32,000 bases of DNA, taken from the NCBI RefSeq assembly GCF_005696695.1, contig NZ_CP040006.1, positions 180,001 to 212,000 on the forward strand, given 5' to 3'. Below, piece by piece: positions 1-8,055 of this stretch. The notes beneath the pieces are model-generated. The model did no database searches. It was not told the DNA's origin and worked only from the letters and a program-made list of their open reading frames with translations. Each line of letters starts with the position of its first letter. The stretch's first letter is position 1. The position numbers and the translations under genes were made by a program. Source of the stretch: Schaalia odontolytica (GTDB lineage: Bacteria; Actinomycetota; Actinomycetes; Actinomycetales; Actinomycetaceae).

Positions 1-207
1 GGCGTGGGCGATCTCGTGCAGAATGACGCCCCGGATCGTGTCCGCGTCATACAGGTCGGTGAGCGGGCCGGACAGGCTGATCGTGCGCGAGGTATGCGTG
101 CACGCCCCCGCCCGGCGCTTGGCGTGGTCGAAGCGGAAACGCCAGTCGGTCAGCCCAGCCGCGTCCATGAGGGAGCGCGCGAGGGTGCGAGCATCCTCGC
201 GCTTCAC
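1..207 (-). CDS. SprT-like zinc metallopeptidase, N-terminal 69 codons only (gene runs off the left edge of the window)
   Basis: My own minus-strand translation; the gene is absent from the ORF track because it is truncated. Sequence: (V/M)KREDARTLARSLMDAAGLTDWRFRFDHAKRRAGACTHTSRTISLSGPLTDLYDADTIRGVILHEIAHA. It ends in the start of an HExxH motif, and the layout is typical of SprT-like (PF10263-type) proteins. The GTG at 205-207 overlaps the hrpA stop TGA at 204-206 (GTGA). Confidence 0.7.
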   Translation of the reverse strand, partial: MKREDARTLARSLMDAAGLTDWRFRFDHAKRRAGACTHTSRTISLSGPLTDLYDADTIRGVILHEIAHA

Positions 208-3200
208 CGCGCCCCCGCGAGCACGCCGAGCAGGCGCTTCATGGAGACCTTGTTCGGCGTGCCCAGGGTCTGGGCGAACATGGACACGCGCAGCTCCTCG
301 GCCATCCATCGCGCCTGGGTGAGGGCGGCGTCGCGTCGGGCGTCGTAGGGGCGCCGTTCCAGCGCCTCGCGCGTGGCGGCGATCTCGGCCTCGGCCTGGT
401 GGATGCGGTCCATGTCCTCCAGGTCGCGGGCCAGCGCCCCCGGCGACGAGGCGGCGCGCTCAATGCGCACAGCACCGGCGCGCAGGTAGCGGGCCAGGTG
501 CGGCAGCGCGGAGGCGGGCGTCGCCGACACGAAACCCTCGTAGAGCAGGGTCTTCCCATGCGCCGCGACGTCGCGCGTCGTCTCCTCGAGCGAGGCCTGG
601 GGGTGGGAGCGCACGGCGGCGTCGGCCTCGGCGCTGGCCTCCAGGGCCCGCACGACGTGGGAGAGGATCTGGTAGACGCGGTCCTCGTGGGCGTCGCGAG
701 CGGCTGCCACAAGCGTCTCGAAGGCCTCGGGGTCGCGCACGTCGGCGGGGGTGCTCAGCTCGTCGACGAGGGACAGGGCCGAGGCCAGCTGCGCGTCCGC
801 GACCAGGGCCGCCGTGTCCGCGTAGGGGGAGGCTGCCAGCATGAGGGCCTCGCGGCCCGTCCAGCGCGTGGTCACGCGGTTGGTCGCCAGTGCGACGCGG
901 GAGAGCAGCAGACGAGCGAGGCCGGCGCGATGCTCGCGGTCCGCCTCGGCGGCGCTGGCCATGACGCGCACGCCAGCCGCCGGGGCCGCGGCACTGCCCT
1001 GGGGGACCAGCGCGGGGAACGCCCGCAGCGTCATCGCGGACGAGGTCTGGGTGATCGATCGCGGCAGCGTCGGCATCTGCGTGACGCCGTCCGCGTGGAA
1101 CGCCGGGTCCGGCGCGGGGGCCGAGGCCTGGGCCTCCTTCGGTGCGTGTGTGCCCTTCCCGGGTGCGGACTGCGCGCCATCGTTTGCGGCAGACTGCGCG
1201 CCCTTGGAGGTGGAGGAATTGTCCCCACCGCGGGCGGCGGCCTTCTCCGAGGCTCCGCGCCCGCGCTTGTTCCTGCGTGCCTGCTTCTCGCCGGCCTCTT
1301 CGAGGGCCGCGCGAACGGCCGTGCGCACCGCCTTGTTCGCGTCGCTGGCGAGGGAACGCTGCAGGTAGGCCAGGTCCTTGCCCGCGCCCAGCTCCTTGCC
1401 CGACGCGTCGGTGACGACGAAGGTCATGCGCAGGTGATCGGGCAGGTGGGCGCGCGCGTGCGCCAGGTCCGCCTCGCTGAGGTCCACGCCGCGCAGCACG
1501 CGCACCGCGTGGGCGAGGGCGTCCAGGATGGGACCCTCGGTGAGGGGGCGGGGCTTGGGCGCCTCGGCGGCAGGCGCGCCCTGCTGGGTGGATTCCGGCG
1601 CAGGAGTCTCCTTCTGTGCGGCCTTCTTCGGCGCCTTCGCGGGGGAATTGCGCGTCGACAGCTTGCCCGACGTCGCGCCCCACGCGGCCAGGCGGCCCAT
1701 CGCGGCGTCCAGGCTCAGCGGGTCCGGTTCGTCGGAGTCGGCGGCCTTCGTCGCTTTCCCGGCGGACTTGTCCGCCGCAGGCGCTGCCTCGACTGGCTCG
1801 TCGCCCGCCTGCTCGATCCAGCGAGCCACCGACGCGGCCACGTCCGGCGCGGGGGCCAGCAGACGGCGCACGCCCTTGGGCAGAGCCCGGATCGCCTCGG
1901 TCAGCAGGTCCTCGCGCATGCCGGGCACCAGCCAGTCCGTGCCCGCATCGCTGACGCGCTCGAGCACCTCGATCGGGATGCGCATCGACACGCCGTCGCG
2001 AGGGCTGCCCGGCGCGAACTCGTAGCTCAGGGGCAGCGACAGGTCGCCGCACTGCCAACGATCCGGGAAGCCCTCGCCCGAGGTCGCCTCGCGCGGCATC
2101 AGCAGGGACGCCGGGTAGATCAGCAAATCGGGATGCTCCCGGCGCTCGTCCTTCCACCAGCGGTTGAACGCCGCCGCGCTGGTCACGTGCTCGGGGATCA
2201 GATCGTCGAAGAAACGGAAGCGCGCCTGCTCGTCCGCGACGAGGCCGTGGGTGCGGCTACGGCGCTCAACCTCGCGAGCCTGCTCCACCAGAGCCTCGTT
2301 TCGGCGCTGGAAAGCGTGCCTCTCCCTCCACTGGCCATCCACCAGGGCGTTGCGAATGAACATCTCGCGGGCCAGCTCACGCGCTGTCGTCCCCTCGCGC
2401 GTGGCCGCCAGCTCCTCGAAATGACGCGGCTCAAACGACCCCGACGACAGCGGATCCTTCGACGCCGACACCAAGCCGGCCGCCAGCGCCTCCAGCGACC
2501 CCGCGCGCGGAGCGTGAGAGCGCGAGGCGGCCACGGCCTCGTCGATGACGAGATCACCCAAGCGACCCAGCAGCACCTCGCGGTCCGCCGCCAGCGTCAG
2601 CCCGTAGAGGGTCACGCGCTCGCGGACCATCGCCGCGCCCTTCGCAACCGACCAGAACGGCTCCGAATACGAGCGCTTGAGTAGGCCGCGCGCCGCCGGC
2701 TCCACCCACTCCGGGCGGATGCGGGCCACCGTGCGCGCAAACAGGCGCGAGGTCTCCACGAGCTCCGCCGTCATCACCCAGGCGGGGTGGCCACTCACGC
2801 CCGAGCCCGGCCAGATTGTGAAGTGCGTGCCGCGGGCGCCCTCGTAGTCGCGCTTCGTCTCGTCCCACGAGCCCAGGTAGGACAGCAGGCCGACCAGCAG
2901 CGAGCGGTGCACCTGGTCCGCGTCCACGCTCGCCGAGCCCTGCCCGTAGGCCAGGACCGCACGAACGGCCGCGTCCGGCGCGCCGCCGAACTGGGCGGCC
3001 TCCACGACGTCTCCCGTCGACGGCTCGCCCACCGGCCCCGCGGCGATCCCCAGCGCCCGGGCCATCTGGCGCAGCTGGCCGACGACGTCGCGCCACTCGC
3101 GCCACCGCAGGTAGTGGAAGAACTCCGCTCGGCACATGCGCCGGAACGCCGAACCCGACAGGTCGCGGGCCTGCACCGCCAGGTAGCGCCACAGGTTCAG

Positions 3201-5066
3201 GTACGTGATGAAGTCCGAATGCGGGTCGGCCAGGCGTGCGTGCGAGGCGTCCGCCGTGCCCTGGTGCTCGGCCGGGCGCTCGCGCACGTCCTGGATCGAC
3301 AGCGCCGCCACGATGACGAGCACCTCCGAGGCACAGCCCAGGCGCTCGGCCTCCAGCAGCATGCGCCCCAGGCGCGGGTCGATCGGCAGGCGTGCCAGGT
3401 CCCGTCCGATGCCGGTGAGCCTGTACTGGGACGAGGCCGGGGCCGCGTCCGCGCTCTCACGATCCTGCGCGAGCGCGCCGATCTCCACGAGGAGGGCCAC
3501 GCCGTCGCGCACCGCGCGCCGATCCGGGGCGTCCAGGAACGGGAAGTCCTCAACCGCGCCCAGCCCGAGGGACGCCATCTGCAAGATGACGCTGGCCAGC
3601 GACGTACGCAGGATTTCCGGCTCCGTGAAGCGCGGACGCGAGAGGTAGTCGGCTTGGGAGAACAGGCGGATCGCCACGCCCTCCGCGACTCGGCCGCATC
3701 GGCCCGCGCGCTGGTTCGCACTCGCCTGGCTGATTGGCTCAATCGGCAGGCGCTGCACCTTCGTCTTGTTGGAATAGCGGGAAATGCGCGCCAAACCCGG
3801 GTCGATCACGTAGCGGATGCCCGGCACCGTCAGCGATGTCTCCGCCACGTTCGTCGCCAGGACCACGCGGCGCAGGCGGTGCGGCTCGAAGACGCGATGC
3901 TGCTCGGCCGCCGTCAGTCGCGCGTACAGGGGCAGGATCTCGATGTCCCCCGGGCGTGCGCCCTTGTCGTCTCCCGCGCGCCGGCCTCGTCCCTTCAGGT
4001 GGTCGAGGAGGGCCGCCTCCGTGTCGCGGATGTCGCGCTCGCCGGGCAGGAAGACCAGGATGTCGCCGTCACCCTCCGCGCTCAGCTCGTCCACCGCGTG
4101 ACAGATCGCGGTCTCCACGTCGATGTCCTCGCCCATGCCATAGCCCAGCGTCGCCAGCTCGTCGTCCGGGTCCTCCAGGACCAGCTGCATGGGGCCGGAC
4201 TCGGTGACGTCGGTGATCTCGAGGGTCTCGGTGGGATCGTTCGCCTGCTGCGCCGAGGCCTCGGACGTGTACGACGAAGGCGTCGTCGGGCCGAGGGGAC
4301 GGTAGCGGATCTCCACCGGGTACGTGCGGCCCGACACCTCGATGACCGGCGCCGGCTCGATCAGGCGGCCCGAGCCGGGAGCGCCCTCCCACGTGCCGAA
4401 ATGGCGCGCGAAACGGTCCGAATCGATCGTCGCCGACGTGATGATGACCTTCAGGTCCGGGCGCGCGGGCAGCAGGCGCGCGACGTAGCCCAGGATGAAG
4501 TCGATGTTGAGGCTGCGCTCGTGGGCCTCGTCGATGATGAGCGTGTCGTAGCGGCGCAGCATCGGGTCCGACTGGATCTCCGCCAGCAAGATGCCGTCCG
4601 TCATGAGCTTGACGAGGGTCGTGGGGCCCACCTCGTCCGTGAAACGCACCTGGTAGCCGACCACCTGGCCGCGCTCGTGGCCCACGGTCTGGCCCAGCTC
4701 GTCAGCGATGCGATCCGCGACCGAACGCGCCGCGAGCCTGCGTGGCTGGGTGTGCCCGATCATGCCGGCCACGCCGCGGCCCAGCTGCATGCAGATCTTC
4801 GGCAGCTGCGTCGTCTTGCCCGAGCCGGTCTCGCCCGACACGATGACCACCTGGTGGTCGCGGATAGCGCGCGCGATCTCGTCGCGGCGGGCGCTCACCG
4901 GCAGGTCCGGGAAGGAGATGACCGGGATCGCGGCCGCGCGCTCGGCTAGCTGCTCCGGGGTGAAGGGCTTGAAGGGGCGCGCGTGCTCACGCTGGGGGCG
5001 CCTGCGTCCTGCGTTGCGCGGGCGCGGTTTGCGTGCTTTGGGCGTGGCGGAGCGAGAGTCAGGCAT
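204..5066 (-). CDS. hrpA: ATP-dependent RNA helicase HrpA (DEAH-box), 1620 aa with low-complexity expansions
   Basis: Walker A GETGSGKTTQLPK, DEAH box IIDEAHERS, and helicase-C motifs TNVAETSLTVPGI and QRAGRCGR. A long HA2/OB/C-terminal HrpA-type region follows. ATG at 5064-5066. Confidence 0.95.
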   Translation of the reverse strand: MPDSRSATPKARKPRPRNAGRRRPQREHARPFKPFTPEQLAERAAAIPVISFPDLPVSARRDEIARAIRDHQVVIVSGETGSGKTTQLPKICMQLGRGVAGMIGHTQPRRLAARSVADRIADELGQTVGHERGQVVGYQVRFTDEVGPTTLVKLMTDGILLAEIQSDPMLRRYDTLIIDEAHERSLNIDFILGYVARLLPARPDLKVIITSATIDSDRFARHFGTWEGAPGSGRLIEPAPVIEVSGRTYPVEIRYRPLGPTTPSSYTSEASAQQANDPTETLEITDVTESGPMQLVLEDPDDELATLGYGMGEDIDVETAICHAVDELSAEGDGDILVFLPGERDIRDTEAALLDHLKGRGRRAGDDKGARPGDIEILPLYARLTAAEQHRVFEPHRLRRVVLATNVAETSLTVPGIRYVIDPGLARISRYSNKTKVQRLPIEPISQASANQRAGRCGRVAEGVAIRLFSQADYLSRPRFTEPEILRTSLASVILQMASLGLGAVEDFPFLDAPDRRAVRDGVALLVEIGALAQDRESADAAPASSQYRLTGIGRDLARLPIDPRLGRMLLEAERLGCASEVLVIVAALSIQDVRERPAEHQGTADASHARLADPHSDFITYLNLWRYLAVQARDLSGSAFRRMCRAEFFHYLRWREWRDVVGQLRQMARALGIAAGPVGEPSTGDVVEAAQFGGAPDAAVRAVLAYGQGSASVDADQVHRSLLVGLLSYLGSWDETKRDYEGARGTHFTIWPGSGVSGHPAWVMTAELVETSRLFARTVARIRPEWVEPAARGLLKRSYSEPFWSVAKGAAMVRERVTLYGLTLAADREVLLGRLGDLVIDEAVAASRSHAPRAGSLEALAAGLVSASKDPLSSGSFEPRHFEELAATREGTTARELAREMFIRNALVDGQWRERHAFQRRNEALVEQAREVERRSRTHGLVADEQARFRFFDDLIPEHVTSAAAFNRWWKDERREHPDLLIYPASLLMPREATSGEGFPDRWQCGDLSLPLSYEFAPGSPRDGVSMRIPIEVLERVSDAGTDWLVPGMREDLLTEAIRALPKGVRRLLAPAPDVAASVARWIEQAGDEPVEAAPAADKSAGKATKAADSDEPDPLSLDAAMGRLAAWGATSGKLSTRNSPAKAPKKAAQKETPAPESTQQGAPAAEAPKPRPLTEGPILDALAHAVRVLRGVDLSEADLAHARAHLPDHLRMTFVVTDASGKELGAGKDLAYLQRSLASDANKAVRTAVRAALEEAGEKQARRNKRGRGASEKAAARGGDNSSTSKGAQSAANDGAQSAPGKGTHAPKEAQASAPAPDPAFHADGVTQMPTLPRSITQTSSAMTLRAFPALVPQGSAAAPAAGVRVMASAAEADREHRAGLARLLLSRVALATNRVTTRWTGREALMLAASPYADTAALVADAQLASALSLVDELSTPADVRDPEAFETLVAAARDAHEDRVYQILSHVVRALEASAEADAAVRSHPQASLEETTRDVAAHGKTLLYEGFVSATPASALPHLARYLRAGAVRIERAASSPGALARDLEDMDRIHQAEAEIAATREALERRPYDARRDAALTQARWMAEELRVSMFAQTLGTPNKVSMKRLLGVLAGAR

Positions 5067-5150
5067 GATAGCGCCAGTCTAGTCGCAGGCCAGAGGGGGC
5101 CGCCCGGCACCCGGCGGCGTGGCCGCACTGGAAGGCGTGATACACCCAAA

Positions 5151-5257
5151 GTCGCACGTAATTCCCTTGGGTCAGTTTTTGAGTGCGGCTTTAATCCGCA
5201 TGATTTCAACGGTCTGATTTCAAACGTTGAAATAGGGGTGGGGGAATTACGTGCGAC
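5151..5257 (+). repeat. A-type element copy A1 (107 nt) with 16-bp perfect terminal inverted repeat
   Basis: GTCGCACGTAATTCCC at 5151-5166 is the exact reverse complement of GGGAATTACGTGCGAC at 5242-5257. The element is homologous to copies at 18542 and 29386. It is intergenic, between the hrpA start and the ADP-ribosylglycohydrolase stop. Confidence 0.85.
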
Positions 5258-5304
5258 ATTTTGGGGTAGCTATTGGATGTGGGTGTGGCGAGTCGGGGCT
5301 GCCG

Positions 5305-6276
5305 TCAGGCGGAGGGCGCCTCGCCCTGCAGGTCCTCGTCGAAGCGAGTCACGGGAGGCTCCATGCGCAGATCCACGAGGTCGCGCGCCAGCTGGTCGAT
5401 CTCCTCGCCCAGGTGCACGCGCTCCCTCCACGAGGCGGGGATACCCTCGATCCCATAGAAAGCGCCGCCCAGCTGGCCGTAGATCGCGGCGTTCGTGTCC
5501 GAGTCACCGCCCATGTTGGCGATTGCCAGGGTCGCATCCTTGAAAGACGGGAAATCCAGGAGGCCGTGCACCGCCAGGCGCAGGCCGTTCACGATGTAGC
5601 CGTTGGTTTCCGCCTCCCACGAGGCGCGCACCTGCGGATCCGGGCTGATCACCCGCGTGGCCATCTCGTCGAACGCCGCGCCCGTCGACGCCCACGACAC
5701 GTCCATGATCTGCTCCGGCGACCATCCCAGCAGGGCGCCCACCAGGAGGGCGGCGAAGACCTCGGTGGCGGCCTCGGCCTCGACCGAGAAGTGCGTCTCG
5801 CGCGCGCTCAAGCGAGCGGTCGTGACCACCTCGCGCGGGGAACGTGAGCGGAAACCCGCGATCACCATGGGTGCCAGGCGCATGATCGCGCCGTTACCCG
5901 CGCTGTTCGTGCGCTCGGCGGTCACCGGCACACGCTGCTCGTGCTCGAAATCGAACAACGCGGCGCGGACCTGGCCGCCGATATCGAAACACACGTCCGT
6001 GGAGGACCGATACCCCTCCGAAAACCAGCGCTGGTAGCGCTCCATCACGTCAAAGGAGTCGTAGCGGCCCTGCGCCAGCAGGGAATCCGCGATGCACAGA
6101 GCCATCGACGTGTCATCCGTCCACTGCCCGGGCTCCAGCAGGAACGGGCCACCGCCCACCATGTCCGTGATCGGATCGAAGGTGCCCGCCCACTTGAACT
6201 CATTCGTGGTGCCCACCGCGTCGCCGACGGCCAAGCCCATGAGGGCGCCGCGCGCCCGAGAAAGAAAATCCGACAT
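5305..6276 (-). CDS. ADP-ribosylglycohydrolase family protein (DraG/ARH-like)
   Basis: N-terminal GALMGLAVGDAVGT, then QWTDDTSMALC, then C-terminal GGDSDTNAAIYGQLGGAFYG. These are the family's metal-binding motifs. ATG at 6274-6276. Confidence 0.9.
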   Translation of the reverse strand: MSDFLSRARGALMGLAVGDAVGTTNEFKWAGTFDPITDMVGGGPFLLEPGQWTDDTSMALCIADSLLAQGRYDSFDVMERYQRWFSEGYRSSTDVCFDIGGQVRAALFDFEHEQRVPVTAERTNSAGNGAIMRLAPMVIAGFRSRSPREVVTTARLSARETHFSVEAEAATEVFAALLVGALLGWSPEQIMDVSWASTGAAFDEMATRVISPDPQVRASWEAETNGYIVNGLRLAVHGLLDFPSFKDATLAIANMGGDSDTNAAIYGQLGGAFYGIEGIPASWRERVHLGEEIDQLARDLVDLRMEPPVTRFDEDLQGEAPSA

Positions 6277-6336
6277 GCCCCTAGTGTCGCACAGGGGCCC
6301 TCCAGCTGGGACCTGGCCTCCGGCCCGCGGGCAGTC

Positions 6337-6371
6337 GAGGCCAGGGGAACGCGCGGGTCAGCCCCGGCCTC
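6337..6371 (-). terminator. Stem-loop downstream of the VIT1 gene, built from an inverted pair of the GAGGCC(A)GGGG / CCCCGGCCTC motif
   Basis: GAGGCCAGGGG at 6337-6347 pairs with CCCCGGCCTC at 6362-6371, with one bulged A. It lies 18 nt beyond the stop at 6389 on the minus strand. There is no U-tract. Confidence 0.45.
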
Positions 6372-6388
6372 GTCCCAGGGAGGAAACG

Positions 6389-7540
6389 TCAGGCGATTGA
6401 CGTCCCGAACAGCCAGCCCAGCAGGTAGGTGACGCCCGCGGCGCCGTAACCTACGACGAGCTGGCGCAGCGCGCGAGGCGCGGGGGACTGGCCGGACAGG
6501 ATGCCGACCACGCCGCCCGTGAACAGCAGGGCGACGCCGACGATCGCGGCCGCGGCAATGATGGCCGCCAGGCCGGTCATGCCCAGCAGGTAGGGGATCA
6601 GCGGGAAGAACGCGCCCACCGCGAAGAAACAGAAGGAGGACAACGCCGCCTTCATGGGCGTGCCCACCTGGTCGCCCGCACCGTCCGACTCGGGGCTGCC
6701 GCCCAGGGCGGCACGCACCGCGATTGCGCCGGAGTCGCCGTTCGCAGGCTTGGCGAGGCGCGCGAAGACCTGCTTCGCGTGCCGCTCAGCCTCCTCCTCG
6801 CTCTCGCCGCGCGCACGGAACACGAGGGCCAGCTCGTTCGCATCCACGTCCAAGTCCGGCACAGCCTGATGCGCGTCCTGGTCGGGGATCGAGGCGTCGA
6901 GCAGCTCGCGCTGACTGCGCACGCTCACCCACTCGCCGGCCGCCATCGACAGGGCGCCCGCGAGCAGGCCCGAAATACCCGTCAGAAGAACAGCATGGGG
7001 GTCCATGCCCGTGGCCGCCACGCCCAGGACAAGCGCCAGGTTCGACACGAGACCGTCGTTCGCTCCGAACACTGCCGCGCGGAACGTGCCCGCCAGGGTC
7101 TCGCGAGACTTTGCCGCCAGGGAACGGATGACCTCGGCATGAATGTACTCGTCCGCCTGCATGTGCGCGGGCACGTCATCATCCACGTCGCGGGCGGACC
7201 GCTGCTCGGCGCGCTGGGCCATCGCCAGAATGAAAATCGTGCCGAAAAGGTGCGCGAGGACGGACGCGGCACGCGTGCGCAGCGGTGGCTTAGGTGCGGG
7301 CAGGGCGTGGTCGCCCAGGCGCGCCAGCCAATACTCCTCGTGGCGACGCTCCGCCTCCTCAAGCTGCAAGAGGACCGCGCGCTCCTCGCCCGTCCGGCGC
7401 TCGGACAGGTCGCGGTAGGTGCGAGCCTCCATGCGCTCCTCGGCCAGGTGCTTGCGCCAGCGCTTGATCTGCGCGCGCGTGGGTTCCTGGGTGTTGATCT
7501 GCTGGTCTGCGCTCACGGCCTCGTTCCCTCGCGCGCTCAA
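6389..7540 (-). CDS. Erythrin-VIT1/CCC1 family iron/manganese transporter (MbfA-like: N-terminal ferritin-like domain + VIT1 membrane domain)
   Basis: The N-terminal helical region has E/H-rich pairs (EERMEARTYRDL, EEAERRHEEYW, MQADEYIHAE). It is followed by FGANDGLVSNLALVLGV and C-terminal TM helices typical of VIT1. The start is a non-ATG codon (TTG by my reading) that overlaps the stop of the upstream YtxH-like gene. Confidence 0.85.
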   Translation of the reverse strand: MSARGNEAVSADQQINTQEPTRAQIKRWRKHLAEERMEARTYRDLSERRTGEERAVLLQLEEAERRHEEYWLARLGDHALPAPKPPLRTRAASVLAHLFGTIFILAMAQRAEQRSARDVDDDVPAHMQADEYIHAEVIRSLAAKSRETLAGTFRAAVFGANDGLVSNLALVLGVAATGMDPHAVLLTGISGLLAGALSMAAGEWVSVRSQRELLDASIPDQDAHQAVPDLDVDANELALVFRARGESEEEAERHAKQVFARLAKPANGDSGAIAVRAALGGSPESDGAGDQVGTPMKAALSSFCFFAVGAFFPLIPYLLGMTGLAAIIAAAAIVGVALLFTGGVVGILSGQSPAPRALRQLVVGYGAAGVTYLLGWLFGTSIA

Positions 7541-7833
7541 CGCTGCGTCGTGGAAGAAGTGGCCTGCGCGTCGACCGTCGTCGGCTCGGAGGCGGGGGCG
7601 CCGAACAGGCGTTCCTTCACGGCGTCGGCAACCTTATCGGTCACCTGCTCGCCGCCCGCACGCACGAGGTCGGACATCTTCTGACCCGCCGCATCCAGGG
7701 GACGGGCAACGATCGGGAAACGGCGCAGCTTCGAGGCGCTCGCGCGGATCTGCTCGTAGCGCTCGCGGCCTGCTCGGGTGCCCAGGACGTATCCGATGCC
7801 AACTCCGATGAGGATTCCAGTCTTGGTTCCCAT
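7537..7833 (-). CDS. YtxH-like small membrane-anchored protein (98 aa)
   Basis: MGTKTGILIGVGIGYVLGTRAGRERYEQIRA... has an N-terminal TM segment followed by an amphipathic helix. The ATG at 7831-7833 is preceded by GAGAAGGA. The ORF-track start at 7932 would add 33 residues with no support. Confidence 0.7.
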   Translation of the reverse strand: MGTKTGILIGVGIGYVLGTRAGRERYEQIRASASKLRRFPIVARPLDAAGQKMSDLVRAGGEQVTDKVADAVKERLFGAPASEPTTVDAQATSSTTQR

Positions 7834-8055
7834 GAATGTCCTTCTCTCGCTGCAAGTGGTGGGGCGGCCCGTCGTGGCGGGTGTCGCGCAATTCCCGTGG
7901 GCGCGGCTTTCACCGGCGCGTATGCGTCCCATCTTAGTGGCGCTGCCCGCCGCGCCGCACGATCCTCACCATGAGTGGGGATTATTCGCGGATGCTTCTC
8001 GTCTCAGGCGAGCTCTTGTCACATTCGTGCACAGTGTGGGCCCCTCTTTCCGTGA

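Noticed and set aside
399-4949. Long ORFs antisense to or out of frame with hrpA (399-2684, 2787-4949, 460-2157 and others). The same phenomenon occurs opposite other genes (15082-17493, 18673-20898, 22992-24668, 28459-29403, 29543-30772).
   Set aside because: These are typical stop-codon-poor shadow ORFs of high-GC DNA. Their translations are Arg/Gly/Ala/Pro-rich low-complexity sequence with no recognisable motifs. The opposite strand or other frame carries strongly recognisable proteins.
5151-5257. A-type elements as integron attC sites or retron msr/msd loci
   Set aside because: There are no GTTRRRY/RYYYAAC attC core sites. There is no integrase or reverse transcriptase gene anywhere in the window. 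The three copies are dispersed over 24 kb rather than arrayed with cassettes.
5305-6276. ADP-ribosylglycohydrolase as the antitoxin or reversal half of an ADP-ribosylation toxin or defence pair (DarTG-like, DraT/DraG-like)
   Set aside because: There is no ADP-ribosyltransferase, macrodomain or other partner gene on either side. The neighbours are hrpA and an iron transporter. The gene appears monocistronic.
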